Source: a virus
IMG/VR virus record: IMGVR_UViG_3300022602_000036
Location: 64,001-128,000 of that record
Length of the DNA stretch: 64,000 nucleotides
Direction: 5' to 3' (one strand)
The position numbers were made by a program, and so were the translations under genes. Below the pieces are notes generated by a model that made no database searches, was not told the DNA's origin, and was given only the letters and a program-made list of their open reading frames with translations. Shown here in pieces: positions 29,961-40,596 of this stretch (positions are counted from its first letter, which is position 1; the number at the start of each line of letters is the position of its first letter).

Positions 29961-30719
29961 ATGCGAACTCCTCTTGTACTAGTTGGTACACGATACAACA
30001 TCTTACCTTTATTAGAAATAGCTGAAGCAACTAATTACGAAGTAATTGGAATTTTAGATCGTTTTTATGTAGGACAGAAATTTGAAGGTATAGATGTTAT
30101 AGGATCTGATCTAGATCTACTAGACAAAGAAAATCAAACCATACAGGATCTTATTAGCACAGCTGAATTTTTTGTCTGTACCTATTTTCCAGGTTATACC
30201 AATACCGATAATCCCAACGAAAACACATTCTTATTAAGATTGCAACGCATTGATTTAGTTAAGCGTGCTGGATGTCAGTTGGCGAATCTAATACACCCCA
30301 AAGCAGATATCAGCAAATATGCCACTGTTGGTAAAAATACGCTAGCACTGTTAAACTCGTATGTTGAGCCTAGATCCACCGTTGAGGATTTTTGTACCCT
30401 TATGCAAGGAGTTGGTATTGGGCACAACAGTATTGTAGGGGAAAATTGTTCATTCTCTGGTGATGGTGGAGTCGCAGGCAGTGTGACCATGGGCAAAAAT
30501 GTCTACGTAGGTGTTAACGTTCGTATATTAAATACCATGGAAAAGAATGTCACAGTAGGTGACAATGTTATTATTGGCCCAGGACTAATAATTATGAAAG
30601 ACATACCTGCAGATACTATTGTGTATCCAAATGGTAAAATGGTTCCTAACTGTGATTTTGATCCAAAAAAATACGAAGGGAACGGAATATTCCCTTCGTA
30701 CCAGCGACTAACTTCTTAA
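29961..30719 (+). CDS. hexapeptide-repeat sugar acetyltransferase (NeuD/PglD-like)
   Basis: Rossmann-like N-terminus, NLIHPKA.IS, left-handed beta-helix repeats with IGH. Confidence 0.85.
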   Translation: MRTPLVLVGTRYNILPLLEIAEATNYEVIGILDRFYVGQKFEGIDVIGSDLDLLDKENQTIQDLISTAEFFVCTYFPGYTNTDNPNENTFLLRLQRIDLVKRAGCQLANLIHPKADISKYATVGKNTLALLNSYVEPRSTVEDFCTLMQGVGIGHNSIVGENCSFSGDGGVAGSVTMGKNVYVGVNVRILNTMEKNVTVGDNVIIGPGLIIMKDIPADTIVYPNGKMVPNCDFDPKKYEGNGIFPSYQRLTS

Positions 30720-30721
30720 AC

Positions 30722-31768
30722 TTACATCACTTCAATATCAGCAGTGGCAATAGGGAATAGATCAACTCTATGCTTGCGTTCTTGATTGTATTCGTCTTGT
30801 GCAAATGGTAGGTATTCACCTGCTAGTTTATCATAATCAAATTGTAAACGTAGACCTACTCTGTCAGGTAAACGTCCCTTTGCAGGTTCAATTAGTCTAC
30901 GATGTAAGGTAATTGAATTATCAAATATCATAAGGTCACGATCACCTTTGTACCAATGATCATACATGTACTCTGGAACAAAAATACCTTTTTTAATAGT
31001 TTCAAATATCTTTGTGCTTTCTTCTCTAGACATGCCCTCAATATAGTCAAGCGTGGTGATGCCTAAGTGAATACCTTTTACCCCACCAGGGCTAGTAATA
31101 ACCAACGGTACTTTCATATCTGGCTCAGGGCATTGGTTTTCTTTATAAAATGCTTCTTGATCTGGTACTACTTCTGGGTGAACTCCTTTTTCGTGATAGT
31201 TATGTACTACTACCATTTCATCTAGTTCACTGCGGAAACTTTCACTAAGTGATTCATAATAGTCAGTGGTTGTACAAAACCCTGTAGCAGATCCTACGAA
31301 GTTTTCCCATCCCATCAAAGACACTCCAGGAGCAAAACTAACATCTGAACAGGCATTGCTGTGCCAATTCAACTCACCATCTCCAAAGATGCCAATAGAT
31401 TGTCCACGACGATTTTTCTTAGGTGTTACGCGAACTAGTTGCATGTGCTTGTCAATTAACCAACGGCGAGCATTTTGAACTGATTCCATTTCTTCTGCAT
31501 TGAGCTCATTGTTGAATATTAATTCTTTCAATGGCTTTCCATATTTTAAATATAGATTCACTGGACGCGGAAATCTTGGCGTGCCCCATTTTAACATTAG
31601 TTCATTATAACGTGGATAGTCAAGAGTATTACCGCGAATAATAGTAACTAATCCCTGAAGATGTAAATTGCCAATTTCCATCCATTCTTCGTCAGAAATG
31701 GTATTTAAATCTACATCATCAATAAAATGGCCAAACCTTCCCAGGCCAGGAATTTTAGTAATTTTCAT
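30722..31768 (-). CDS. TauD/TfdA-family Fe(II)/2OG dioxygenase
   Basis: WHSN..., H.W...D..IFDN..TLHRR; SD GAGGA. Confidence 0.85.
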   Translation of the reverse strand: MKITKIPGLGRFGHFIDDVDLNTISDEEWMEIGNLHLQGLVTIIRGNTLDYPRYNELMLKWGTPRFPRPVNLYLKYGKPLKELIFNNELNAEEMESVQNARRWLIDKHMQLVRVTPKKNRRGQSIGIFGDGELNWHSNACSDVSFAPGVSLMGWENFVGSATGFCTTTDYYESLSESFRSELDEMVVVHNYHEKGVHPEVVPDQEAFYKENQCPEPDMKVPLVITSPGGVKGIHLGITTLDYIEGMSREESTKIFETIKKGIFVPEYMYDHWYKGDRDLMIFDNSITLHRRLIEPAKGRLPDRVGLRLQFDYDKLAGEYLPFAQDEYNQERKHRVDLFPIATADIEVM

Positions 31769-31914
31769 AAATTTTCCTCAAATAAATTTTAATTAGATTT
31801 TATTGCTAGTGAGAAATCACACACGGAAGGCGTTCTAATTTAACAAATTAGTAAAAGGATTATTATCCCAGGCGTCTTAGTTTTCCGACGTCGATGAATA
31901 TCGGCGCTGCATAA

Positions 31915-32517
31915 TTATTTATGTTGTTTATAAACGCCAGCTAAATTATACATAGGTTCTGTGCCTAAGTTAAGCATAGCATAGTCATGTACACCTTCGT
32001 TTAGGCAATATGCATGACCCATTTTAGGTTCAAAGTATCCGCGGTTCTCAACAGCAAAATACCTTTCAGCAACATAATTCAAAGGAATCCAAAATATATT
32101 AAATCCTGCATTGATAGAATCTGTAGGCATGTGATATCTATCTTCAATCCTGGTGTGATTGTCAAAGAATCCCAAAGGATTCATTTTAATAATGCGTAGC
32201 CCCAGGGGAGTAATACCTAATTTTTCAATTGTTTCTTTAAAAATTACAGTACTACTATCCCACTCAACAGTACAGGGATCTTGGTCAAAACTAAAACTAC
32301 CATTATGTGAATAAATTAATTTATACTCCATATTACCAATGCTGTTTTCTTTAGGACGAGTAAATACTGATAACTCAATAGTCTGACAGAGTTGATATAA
32401 CATACTGGTTGTATCAGCATCAATGTCTGCTATAGGGCGCATGAAATCATTTTCAACTAATGATTGATCTATTTCAGATAGCTTAGAAAAGAAATTATAA
32501 GTAGCAAGGCTAGGCAT
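31915..32517 (-). CDS. degenerate Asp/Asn-beta-hydroxylase-like (DSBH) protein
   Basis: RIIKMNP.G...H, WIPL, G.AY.LN....AM.N.G.E pattern; metal ligands incomplete. Confidence 0.5.
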   Translation of the reverse strand: MPSLATYNFFSKLSEIDQSLVENDFMRPIADIDADTTSMLYQLCQTIELSVFTRPKENSIGNMEYKLIYSHNGSFSFDQDPCTVEWDSSTVIFKETIEKLGITPLGLRIIKMNPLGFFDNHTRIEDRYHMPTDSINAGFNIFWIPLNYVAERYFAVENRGYFEPKMGHAYCLNEGVHDYAMLNLGTEPMYNLAGVYKQHK

Positions 32518-32574
32518 ACTTGATATTTATTCTAATATATGCTATTATAATATAAATATCTTAAAGGACCTAAT

Positions 32575-32907
32575 ATGGACTCATTTGTAACTGTAAAACC
32601 TGGTGCTATTGCTAAAGTTAAAGAACTCATAGCAGAAGAAAACAATCCTAATCTCAAATTGCGTATGTTTGTTAGCGGTGGTGGATGCAGTGGATTCCAA
32701 TATGGTTTTACTTTTGAAGAAGAAACCAATGACGATGATTGGAGTTTTGACTTTGATGGTGTTACACTAGTAATAGACAGCATGAGCAGTCAATATCTGC
32801 AAGGCGCTGAAGTAGACTATACAGAAAGTCTACACGGTAGTCAATTTAGTATTAAAAATCCAAATGCGCAAACTACCTGTGGATGTGGTAGTAGTTTTTC
32901 AATTTAA
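32575..32907 (+). CDS. erpA: Fe-S cluster insertion protein (ErpA/IscA/HesB family)
   Basis: [11 protein letters not shown]...[13 protein letters not shown]; perfect TATAAATA upstream. Confidence 0.92.
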   Translation: MDSFVTVKPGAIAKVKELIAEENNPNLKLRMFVSGGGCSGFQYGFTFEEETNDDDWSFDFDGVTLVIDSMSSQYLQGAEVDYTESLHGSQFSIKNPNAQTTCGCGSSFSI

Positions 32908-32916
32908 AGGGTTTCA

Positions 32917-33780
32917 ATGAGAATAGCACTTTGTTTTAGCGGGCAGAACCGCACAGGACATGTCACAGCAGAAAATATCAAACGTTATGTAGGCGACCTA
33001 CTACCCGACTGTGATGTATTTGCACACTTTTGGGACAGCGAAACCCGCGGTACCAACTTTGCTAACCGTGAAGGTGCGGCCAGTACAGGTAATGATTGGC
33101 ATGATGCACAACTGTCCAGCAAAGACAAATTTGTCAAATTCTACAGTGAATGGATGCCACGTACTATCATGGTAGAAGAGTATGACCTACAGCCTAGCAA
33201 AAAACTTTGGGGTGGTCGTCGTTGGGATCCTGTAGCAGGCAAATATCAAGTCAGCATGTGGCGCAGTGTTTACGAAGCCAACAAGCTAAAAATGGACTAC
33301 GCTCAAAAGAATCAGATTGTGTACGACTACGCAGTGCGATTACGTAGCGACATTGTATTTGATTCAAGCAAAAGTCTAGCAGAAGACCTAAAAGAAATTC
33401 CTAATAATCAAACCATGTTACACGGAGATCATTATCATGTTTGGGATTATGATGGACATACCAGAGTAGAAGATATCTTTTGGTTAGGATCTAGTTCTTT
33501 AATGGATCAAGTATCAACTTATTGTTTTGCTCATTCTAACACTGTAGCTAATATAGACGACCCTACACAACCTGGATATGAAGATTGGCAATGGCATAGC
33601 TGTGCGTGGATTACCAAAACCCTAGGCTATAAAATCAACGCATTAACCAACAACATGATGCGTATCTACACAGAACAGGATATAACTTCTGGCACTGATC
33701 CTTTAAACCCAGGATGGGGTCGTGCACCACTCTACGGTGCTTACAACGATAAAAACATAGAGAAAATCCGCCGTTGGTAA
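32917..33780 (+). CDS. glycosyltransferase-like protein
   Basis: MRIALCFSGQ.R...DVF.H.W...YDY.VR.RSD pattern. Confidence 0.55.
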   Translation: MRIALCFSGQNRTGHVTAENIKRYVGDLLPDCDVFAHFWDSETRGTNFANREGAASTGNDWHDAQLSSKDKFVKFYSEWMPRTIMVEEYDLQPSKKLWGGRRWDPVAGKYQVSMWRSVYEANKLKMDYAQKNQIVYDYAVRLRSDIVFDSSKSLAEDLKEIPNNQTMLHGDHYHVWDYDGHTRVEDIFWLGSSSLMDQVSTYCFAHSNTVANIDDPTQPGYEDWQWHSCAWITKTLGYKINALTNNMMRIYTEQDITSGTDPLNPGWGRAPLYGAYNDKNIEKIRRW

Positions 33781-33810
33781 GATAAATACTAGATAATTAA
33801 GAGGTCTAGT

Positions 33811-34089
33811 ATGTCAATAACATTAGCAAACGTAAACTTAGGTACAGGTCCTGGTGCAGGCAATGGTGATCCATTACGTACCGCATTCAGCACCATCAAC
33901 AATAATTTTGCTGTCATACAGGCCAATATCAACAGTCCAGGAGTAACACCAGTAACACTAGTTAGCCCAGGACCAACACACAGCAACAGTTCAGGATCTT
34001 CAGGACAAGTAGCCGTAACTGGCGGTAATTTATACCTTTGCATTGCTCCTAACACCTGGGTCAAAACTTCAGTTATCACGTCATTCTAG
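33811..34089 (+). CDS. baseplate/tail protein with gp9/gp10-like N-terminal motif
   Basis: NLGT.P..G.GDPLRTAF..IN.NF. Confidence 0.75.
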   Translation: MSITLANVNLGTGPGAGNGDPLRTAFSTINNNFAVIQANINSPGVTPVTLVSPGPTHSNSSGSSGQVAVTGGNLYLCIAPNTWVKTSVITSF

Positions 34090-34141
34090 TTTCTTAACCC
34101 TAGATAAATACTACAATATAGGATTCTTCTAGGTTACAATT

Positions 34142-34816
34142 ATGACTATTACCACAGTATCATTTAATACAGTAAACGTAGGTGCCGCGCCAAACGATGG
34201 CACAGGTGATGATCTACGTGATGCCTTTATCAAGGTAAACACTAACTTTTCAGACATTTCAACCATCGGGTTTAATGCGGCCAACATTTATGCTCCTTCA
34301 GGTACTGTGCAAGCTAGATACTTTATAGGCGATGGTAGCCAATTAACTAACTTACTAGCTAGTCCTAGCGCATACAGTAACGTCAACGTAGCCGCATACC
34401 TAACCACTGGACTGGTTACTACTGTTAATACATCAGGTAACATCCTAAGTGCTGGTGCAACCCATAATTTATTAACTGTTAATGGGCCATTGATCACCGC
34501 AGGTGCTAGAATTGTTGCAGGATACCAATACAGCAACGTATTAGCTAACGTTGGTATTACTATTGGTAACAGTGTAGAACGTTTGGTTTTAGATCCAACA
34601 CAGGTTATCAGCGATTATGTTACGGTAATTTTACCAAGTGCTAACGTTGATGCTACTTTGGTCACAGTCAGCACAACACAGACAATCCAATTCCTAAATG
34701 TTGTAGCTAACCCAGGAACAACATTACTTAACAGTGGTAATATCACATTAGCAGCAGGAACCAAAGCAGAATACTTCTATCATGCGGTAGAAAGTAAATG
34801 GTATAAAGTAGGATAA
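34142..34816 (+). CDS. baseplate/tail protein with gp9/gp10-like N-terminal motif
   Basis: NVGAAPNDGTGDDLRDAFIKVNTNF; GDGSQLTNL. Confidence 0.75.
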   Translation: MTITTVSFNTVNVGAAPNDGTGDDLRDAFIKVNTNFSDISTIGFNAANIYAPSGTVQARYFIGDGSQLTNLLASPSAYSNVNVAAYLTTGLVTTVNTSGNILSAGATHNLLTVNGPLITAGARIVAGYQYSNVLANVGITIGNSVERLVLDPTQVISDYVTVILPSANVDATLVTVSTTQTIQFLNVVANPGTTLLNSGNITLAAGTKAEYFYHAVESKWYKVG

Positions 34817-34819
34817 CAC

Positions 34820-37800
34820 ATGGCATATCCAGTCTGGATAACACCTGCAGGTAATTTAGGCATAGTACCTGAAGAAGAGTTCTATCAACTGCCTCTTGAC
34901 GCATTTGATGCCGCAGGTGGGCAACTAAAATTTTTCCAAGTGTCAGGTACTCTTCCGCCAGGTATGCAGGTAGTATCTGATACGGCCAATTCTAAAGGAT
35001 ACGTACAGGGTATTCCAGTAAGCACAGCAGGCCCTGATCAAAATCAAGAATACTCATTTACTGTGCGTGTACAGAATCTCAGTGATGGTGGCCTAGCTGA
35101 TCGAAGTTTTACTTTAACAATCACCAACGTTGCTCCTCCTATTATTGTTCCACGTAATGTTGATCTTGGCACATACTTTGATGGTAGTTACGTCAACATA
35201 CAATTAGAAGCACCAGAATATATTGTAGGTGCAATAGAAACTTGGACTGTTAAAACTGGTACACTACCTCCAGGGTTAACTTTAACAACATCAGGCCTAT
35301 TGTCAGGATATCTGCAACCAATTCCAGCAAATGGCTACGCAGGTGAGCCAGGTTGGGACGACACACCCTGGGATGATCTAGGCTGGCAATTTCCTCTAGG
35401 GTCAATTAGTAAAAACTTTGACTTTAGTATAGAAGTATTTGATGGTGCTAACTATGATCTAAGCACTTATAAGATGTTAGTAGAGCCACGTGCTTATCTG
35501 ACAGATGACAGCACATTGCTGACAGTTGATGCTACAACAGTCAATGGTAAACCACTAACCGTGGATACTGGTGCTAGACATTTTCCAATTATCACAACTA
35601 CACAAGCTGACTTTGTTCCAGAACGTCAGGGTGGTTGGTTTAGCCAACAGATACAGGCCATTGACCTTGACAGTGATGTTTTGCAGTATGTTATCCCAAC
35701 ACTAGACGCTGGGTCGTTTGATGAACAGAATATAGTCAGTGAACCATCATATATCGATGCAGTGGTTACTAATAACAGTATCACTGTGGGTACTAGCTCA
35801 TTGGTTACTCCTACTATTGCACCATTGACCAACGGCACACAAATACAGGTCTTACAAAACTACACAGACCCAGACTCAGAGCAAACTAGTCTAGTTTGGT
35901 ACAATGCCACTGTTAATAATTATACCACAGTCCAATTGACTGGTAATACTATTGTTCGCGGTAATGTTGGTGACTACATCACACAGGCCAGCAGTGGCGC
36001 TAATGCCACTATCAGTAATGTTAGTACAACTACAGGTTTTATGACCTTGGGCGGAGCCAGCTTAACAGGAACTATTGCTCTAGCAGGCGGGGTACTAACA
36101 GCGACCAAAGGCAGTTATATCACACAAACTATCAGTGGTAATACTGCTAATGCTGTAGTAACTGGTAACGTAACCAATACCCTTGTTGTACCTGTGCAGT
36201 TTTTAACTGGCGGGTTTGTAACTACAACCAATAGCTATCTACAATTAAACGGCAGCAATCTTACAGTTTGGCCATTAACAGTGACTATTTCACCAACTAG
36301 CGTAACATTCAATGCTAATATTGGTGACTATATCACACAACCTAGCACTGGTGCCAATGCTACTGTAATTGATCCGCATGGCACAATTGACACTGACGGA
36401 TGGAGTTCAAATGTTGTAAACCCATTTGTTCTAGCTGTACAATATACGTCAGGCACGTTTAACGTTGGTGCAGGTAACATACAGATCAATGGTAGTAATG
36501 TCAGCATATATCCAACCAGCGTGAGCTGTGTAACATCAGTAGCGGCACAGTACAACTCAGCAAATGCGTTTAGATTAATCAGTGGCAGTTATGCTTATAT
36601 TAAAGGTGCCAATACCCGTAGTATCCCAACTAGTATCACTAGCGTAGGGGTAACTGTTGATGGTAGTCCAAATACACAAGGTGCAGGCTTTGACGCAGGA
36701 TATTTTGATCAAGGTAGTTTACAACTACCATCAACCTTATCTTGCGATGTTAATTCAGGGTGGATCACTGGATCTTTACCTGTGCAGATAGCCAATGAAA
36801 CAACTTATAATTTCTCAATTGAAGTTTACAAACGAGATTATCCAGGATACATTACCAAACAACTATATACACTGACTATCTTAGGCGATTTGTACAACAA
36901 CATTGAATGGCTAACCCCTAGTTATTTGGGCACTATTGAAAATGGTGCAGTCAGTGATCTTAGCATCACAGCACTCAGCAGTGAAGGTAAGTCAGTTTAC
37001 TATACCTATACACCAGGAGCATATCTCAGCTTACCACAGGGACTAGAACTACAACCAGACGGATTAATTTCAGGTCGTGTGAGTTTTGAGCTGTTTAGTT
37101 TAGACAATGGATACACTACATTTGATGTTAATAATGTTGCTGTAGCGAATCCCACTACATTTGACCACACATTTAACTTTAGTGTTGATGCTATTGCCTT
37201 TGATCAAACTGCACGTGCTACGCAGACATTTAGTATTGTAGTCAGAGAAAGAAATACTAAACCATATGAGAATCTGTATCTCAAAGCATACTTAACTCCA
37301 TACCAACGCAGAGAATTCCAAACTATCATGTTAGATTCTAGCGTGTTTCCGCCTGATGCAATCTACAGACACACTGACCCTTGGTTTGGTCGTAGTAAAG
37401 ACATTAAAACTCTATTCCTAGCTGGGCTTAACCCTAGCACTGCTGCAGAATATGCTAACGCAGTTAAAACCAATCACTTTGGTAAACGCCTGCTGTTTGG
37501 TAATGTAAAAAGCGCCGTGGCTAGAACTGACAACGTCTATGACGTAACAGACAATAACACAGGCGCAGTAGTTGGTACTTGGAATCAAACTACTTTGGTT
37601 TTTGTGCCTACTGATTATAGTTTAGGCTACACTGTATCTAATCAAATTCCAAACGGCACTACCATTGGTCAACAGCATATCAAGTATGATGTTGTTTATG
37701 TTGAAATCCAAGACGAAAATACTCCTCCTGTAGGACAAAATCGCGACAGTATCAACCTAACAGGTGTTATTGCTAATCCTTACTATGACACAGCCGGTAA

Positions 37801-39067
37801 CGCATTTATCATTGCTACACCCAATTCATTTACTAACCTAGATGATGCTGTGGTCAATAACATTGGCTATGCTAACAAGGGTGCTTTGCCAGACTGGATG
37901 ACCAGTGTGCAACCAAACGGCAAACAACTAGGATTTGTTCGCGCAGTGGTCTTGGCTTATGTAGAACCAGGCATGGGCGACACTGTAGCTTGGCGTTTCC
38001 AACAACAGGGATATGACCTAAATGATCTCAACTTTGTTGTTGATCGCTACTTACTTGACAACAATTACACTGCTAACTACGATATTACAGCCAATGCATT
38101 TATACCTAGCCGTGAAACTACATTTGATCGCTACCCAGCACTGAATACTATATTCACTGACGTTGGCACAGTTGACTATGCAGTTAACACATCGTTTGAA
38201 ATTATCAATGAACGCAGTGTGTTAGAAATCAACAGTAGTGGTGGCCTTGACGGTATTACTTCATACTCTAGCGGACAAACCTTAGTGTTCTACCGTCAAG
38301 AATTTGGCACAACTGGTACTAACTCATACAATCAAGGCTGGAGTGATAGCCTAGCACCGTGGGATGGCCCAACGCCAGCCAGTGAGTGGGACTATCAAGG
38401 TTCAGAAGGTTGGGATGCTTCAACTTATGTACCAGGATACAAAGAATGGATTGACAATAGAGTTACCTCTGGAGTTACACACTATCCTACCTTAAACCAA
38501 CGCATTGGCATTTGGACTGTGAACATTGACAGCAATGACTATGTGACTCTAACACCTACACTATTCCCTAGCTCAACTAGTAGCAGTATCACAGGCAATG
38601 TGTTGACTGTTGGTGGTACAGTTACAGCAACATTCTATGTAGGTATGGAAATATACGGTAATGCTATTGCAGGTGGCACTAGCGTGATCACAACTAATAC
38701 ATATATCACTAGTCAATTGACATCTGCTGAACCTGGTGGTTCCCTAGGAAAACGTGGTACTTATCGTGTTAGCCAATACTACACTGTACCAACAGGCAGT
38801 ATACAGATCTATCAAGATATGATCTATAACAATGCACTGTATGTACGCCAAGGGTACACACATGGTGGTACACACATTTATTATGACCCTGTGATTAAAA
38901 CTGGTGCAACTTTACCAAATTACAGTGTTATTCCGCAACAGATTAAAACAGTCAATACAGAATTTGACGGAAATGGTACTAAATTCTATGACTACAGAGA
39001 CAAATACAGCATACCAGAATCTGGTGATAGTTACGTAATATTCCCGCATCAGAATGTTTTTAACTAG
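34820..39067 (+). CDS. large baseplate/virion protein with putative Ig-like repeats (1415 aa)
   Basis: PVWITPAG.LG, repeated G.LPPGL.L...G.ISG, TTFD motifs. Confidence 0.75.
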   Translation: MAYPVWITPAGNLGIVPEEEFYQLPLDAFDAAGGQLKFFQVSGTLPPGMQVVSDTANSKGYVQGIPVSTAGPDQNQEYSFTVRVQNLSDGGLADRSFTLTITNVAPPIIVPRNVDLGTYFDGSYVNIQLEAPEYIVGAIETWTVKTGTLPPGLTLTTSGLLSGYLQPIPANGYAGEPGWDDTPWDDLGWQFPLGSISKNFDFSIEVFDGANYDLSTYKMLVEPRAYLTDDSTLLTVDATTVNGKPLTVDTGARHFPIITTTQADFVPERQGGWFSQQIQAIDLDSDVLQYVIPTLDAGSFDEQNIVSEPSYIDAVVTNNSITVGTSSLVTPTIAPLTNGTQIQVLQNYTDPDSEQTSLVWYNATVNNYTTVQLTGNTIVRGNVGDYITQASSGANATISNVSTTTGFMTLGGASLTGTIALAGGVLTATKGSYITQTISGNTANAVVTGNVTNTLVVPVQFLTGGFVTTTNSYLQLNGSNLTVWPLTVTISPTSVTFNANIGDYITQPSTGANATVIDPHGTIDTDGWSSNVVNPFVLAVQYTSGTFNVGAGNIQINGSNVSIYPTSVSCVTSVAAQYNSANAFRLISGSYAYIKGANTRSIPTSITSVGVTVDGSPNTQGAGFDAGYFDQGSLQLPSTLSCDVNSGWITGSLPVQIANETTYNFSIEVYKRDYPGYITKQLYTLTILGDLYNNIEWLTPSYLGTIENGAVSDLSITALSSEGKSVYYTYTPGAYLSLPQGLELQPDGLISGRVSFELFSLDNGYTTFDVNNVAVANPTTFDHTFNFSVDAIAFDQTARATQTFSIVVRERNTKPYENLYLKAYLTPYQRREFQTIMLDSSVFPPDAIYRHTDPWFGRSKDIKTLFLAGLNPSTAAEYANAVKTNHFGKRLLFGNVKSAVARTDNVYDVTDNNTGAVVGTWNQTTLVFVPTDYSLGYTVSNQIPNGTTIGQQHIKYDVVYVEIQDENTPPVGQNRDSINLTGVIANPYYDTAGNAFIIATPNSFTNLDDAVVNNIGYANKGALPDWMTSVQPNGKQLGFVRAVVLAYVEPGMGDTVAWRFQQQGYDLNDLNFVVDRYLLDNNYTANYDITANAFIPSRETTFDRYPALNTIFTDVGTVDYAVNTSFEIINERSVLEINSSGGLDGITSYSSGQTLVFYRQEFGTTGTNSYNQGWSDSLAPWDGPTPASEWDYQGSEGWDASTYVPGYKEWIDNRVTSGVTHYPTLNQRIGIWTVNIDSNDYVTLTPTLFPSSTSSSITGNVLTVGGTVTATFYVGMEIYGNAIAGGTSVITTNTYITSQLTSAEPGGSLGKRGTYRVSQYYTVPTGSIQIYQDMIYNNALYVRQGYTHGGTHIYYDPVIKTGATLPNYSVIPQQIKTVNTEFDGNGTKFYDYRDKYSIPESGDSYVIFPHQNVFN

Positions 39068-39128
39068 GTACAAAATGCTATAAATACACTTGTAGTCTGA
39101 TAAATAAACACATAACGAGAGATTTTAA

Positions 39129-40286
39129 ATGAGTAATATTAATCCACAAAATATTGACGGAACATACCCAATAGCTGGGCAGGACAACAACAGCCAAGGT
39201 TTCCGCGATAATTTTACTAATACTGTCAATAACTTTACTTTTGCGGCTGCAGAATTAACAGATTTACAGACTTATGCTGTGTTAAAAGGACCATTAGGTT
39301 CAGTAGGTCAAAGCGGTACACCTACTAACACAATGAACTATACCTATATTACACAACCACAACTATTACAAGCTGTTGAAACCAAATATGATTTTGGTAC
39401 TATTTCAACAGGTGCAAGTTTTACAGTTGATTGGACTCAAGGACATTTCCAAACAGTAGCAGTCAGTGGTACAGCTACAATGGCATTTGCGGCTACTTGG
39501 CCAACAACTAATTTATACACACGACTAAGATTACAAGTTACTACAGCTAACACTACAGTATTGACCTTACCAAGCTCAATTACCAACGTTAGCACATTAC
39601 AAGGTTATACAAGTGGCACATCAGTTTCGTTGCCAGCTAGCACATACGTATTTGAATTTAGCACATACAACGCTGGCAGCACAGTGTTAATTAACGATGT
39701 ACTACGTAACTATAACGTAGAAATTGCAGGTAACGTAGGCAACTTTACTACTGCTAATATTACTGGTAATCTAAGTGTCAATGGTAGTATTATTACCTGG
39801 GCAGGCAGTGGTGCTAATATCACACTTGATCCAGATGGCACAGCAGATGTTGTATTAACCAATAACACAGCATTATGGCTATTAGACACAACACCAACAA
39901 CGGGCCCAAATACAGGTACATTGATCAACTACGGTGGTGCAAGTATTGGTGGTAACTTATACACAGGTGGTGCTAGAATTATTGGTGGATATCAATATAG
40001 CTCACCAACTAGCGGATTTAGTGTTACTATTAACAACAACGTTGAACGTTTGATTATTGATCCAAGTACAAACAACGTACTAGCAACTGGTACTATTACA
40101 CTACCAAGTGCTAACGTTGATGCTACATTGGTTACTGTCAGCTCAACATATGGTATTACGGCATTGACTGTAAATCCAAATCCTGGCACAGTAGTTAAAC
40201 CAAGTGGTACTATTACCTTAGCTAATAGCACTACTATTTCGTTCTTCTACCATTCAAGTGAATCAACTTGGTATAGATTAAGTTAA
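39129..40286 (+). CDS. virion structural protein
   Basis: S.I....ID..YP.AGQDN.SQGFRDNF N-terminus; late promoters upstream. Confidence 0.75.
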   Translation: MSNINPQNIDGTYPIAGQDNNSQGFRDNFTNTVNNFTFAAAELTDLQTYAVLKGPLGSVGQSGTPTNTMNYTYITQPQLLQAVETKYDFGTISTGASFTVDWTQGHFQTVAVSGTATMAFAATWPTTNLYTRLRLQVTTANTTVLTLPSSITNVSTLQGYTSGTSVSLPASTYVFEFSTYNAGSTVLINDVLRNYNVEIAGNVGNFTTANITGNLSVNGSIITWAGSGANITLDPDGTADVVLTNNTALWLLDTTPTTGPNTGTLINYGGASIGGNLYTGGARIIGGYQYSSPTSGFSVTINNNVERLIIDPSTNNVLATGTITLPSANVDATLVTVSSTYGITALTVNPNPGTVVKPSGTITLANSTTISFFYHSSESTWYRLS

Positions 40287-40301
40287 TATCTACCAAAATC
40301 A

Positions 40302-40353
40302 TTGACTCCTTATGCTGCATTAATATATAATGTAGTATAAGGAGTTTTCTTTT
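40302..40353 (+). promoter_or_regulatory. sigma70 promoter overlapped by a terminator-like hairpin
   Basis: TTGACT-N18-TATAAT overlapped by 17-bp inverted repeat ACTCCTTATGCTGCATT/AATGTAGTATAAGGAGT followed by T-run. Confidence 0.7.
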
Positions 40354-40596
40354 ATGCATCCATTAAGTCCAGATTTATCAAAATTATCAGATGAAGAGTT
40401 ACACAGTAAACGAGCTGAGCTGCAGAATCGTCTAGGCTATGCTTACCGTATTGGTAGCGCAGACATGGTAAATCAATTAAATTTATTAATTCAAGACTAT
40501 GCCCTAGAAGTAGAAGCACGTAATAAAAAAATGATGCAGGACGCTCAAAAATCAGGCAGACTAGGACCAGATGGTCCTAAGGATATTACCTACTAA
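40354..40596 (+). CDS. hypothetical protein
   Basis: MHPL..DLSKLSD.EL coiled-coil. Confidence 0.8.
   Translation: MHPLSPDLSKLSDEELHSKRAELQNRLGYAYRIGSADMVNQLNLLIQDYALEVEARNKKMMQDAQKSGRLGPDGPKDITY

Noticed and set aside
31769-31914. ZTP (pfl) or glutamine riboswitch
   Set aside because: CGCCUGGG is present but there is no upstream GGCG pseudoknot partner, and the glnA core does not fit.
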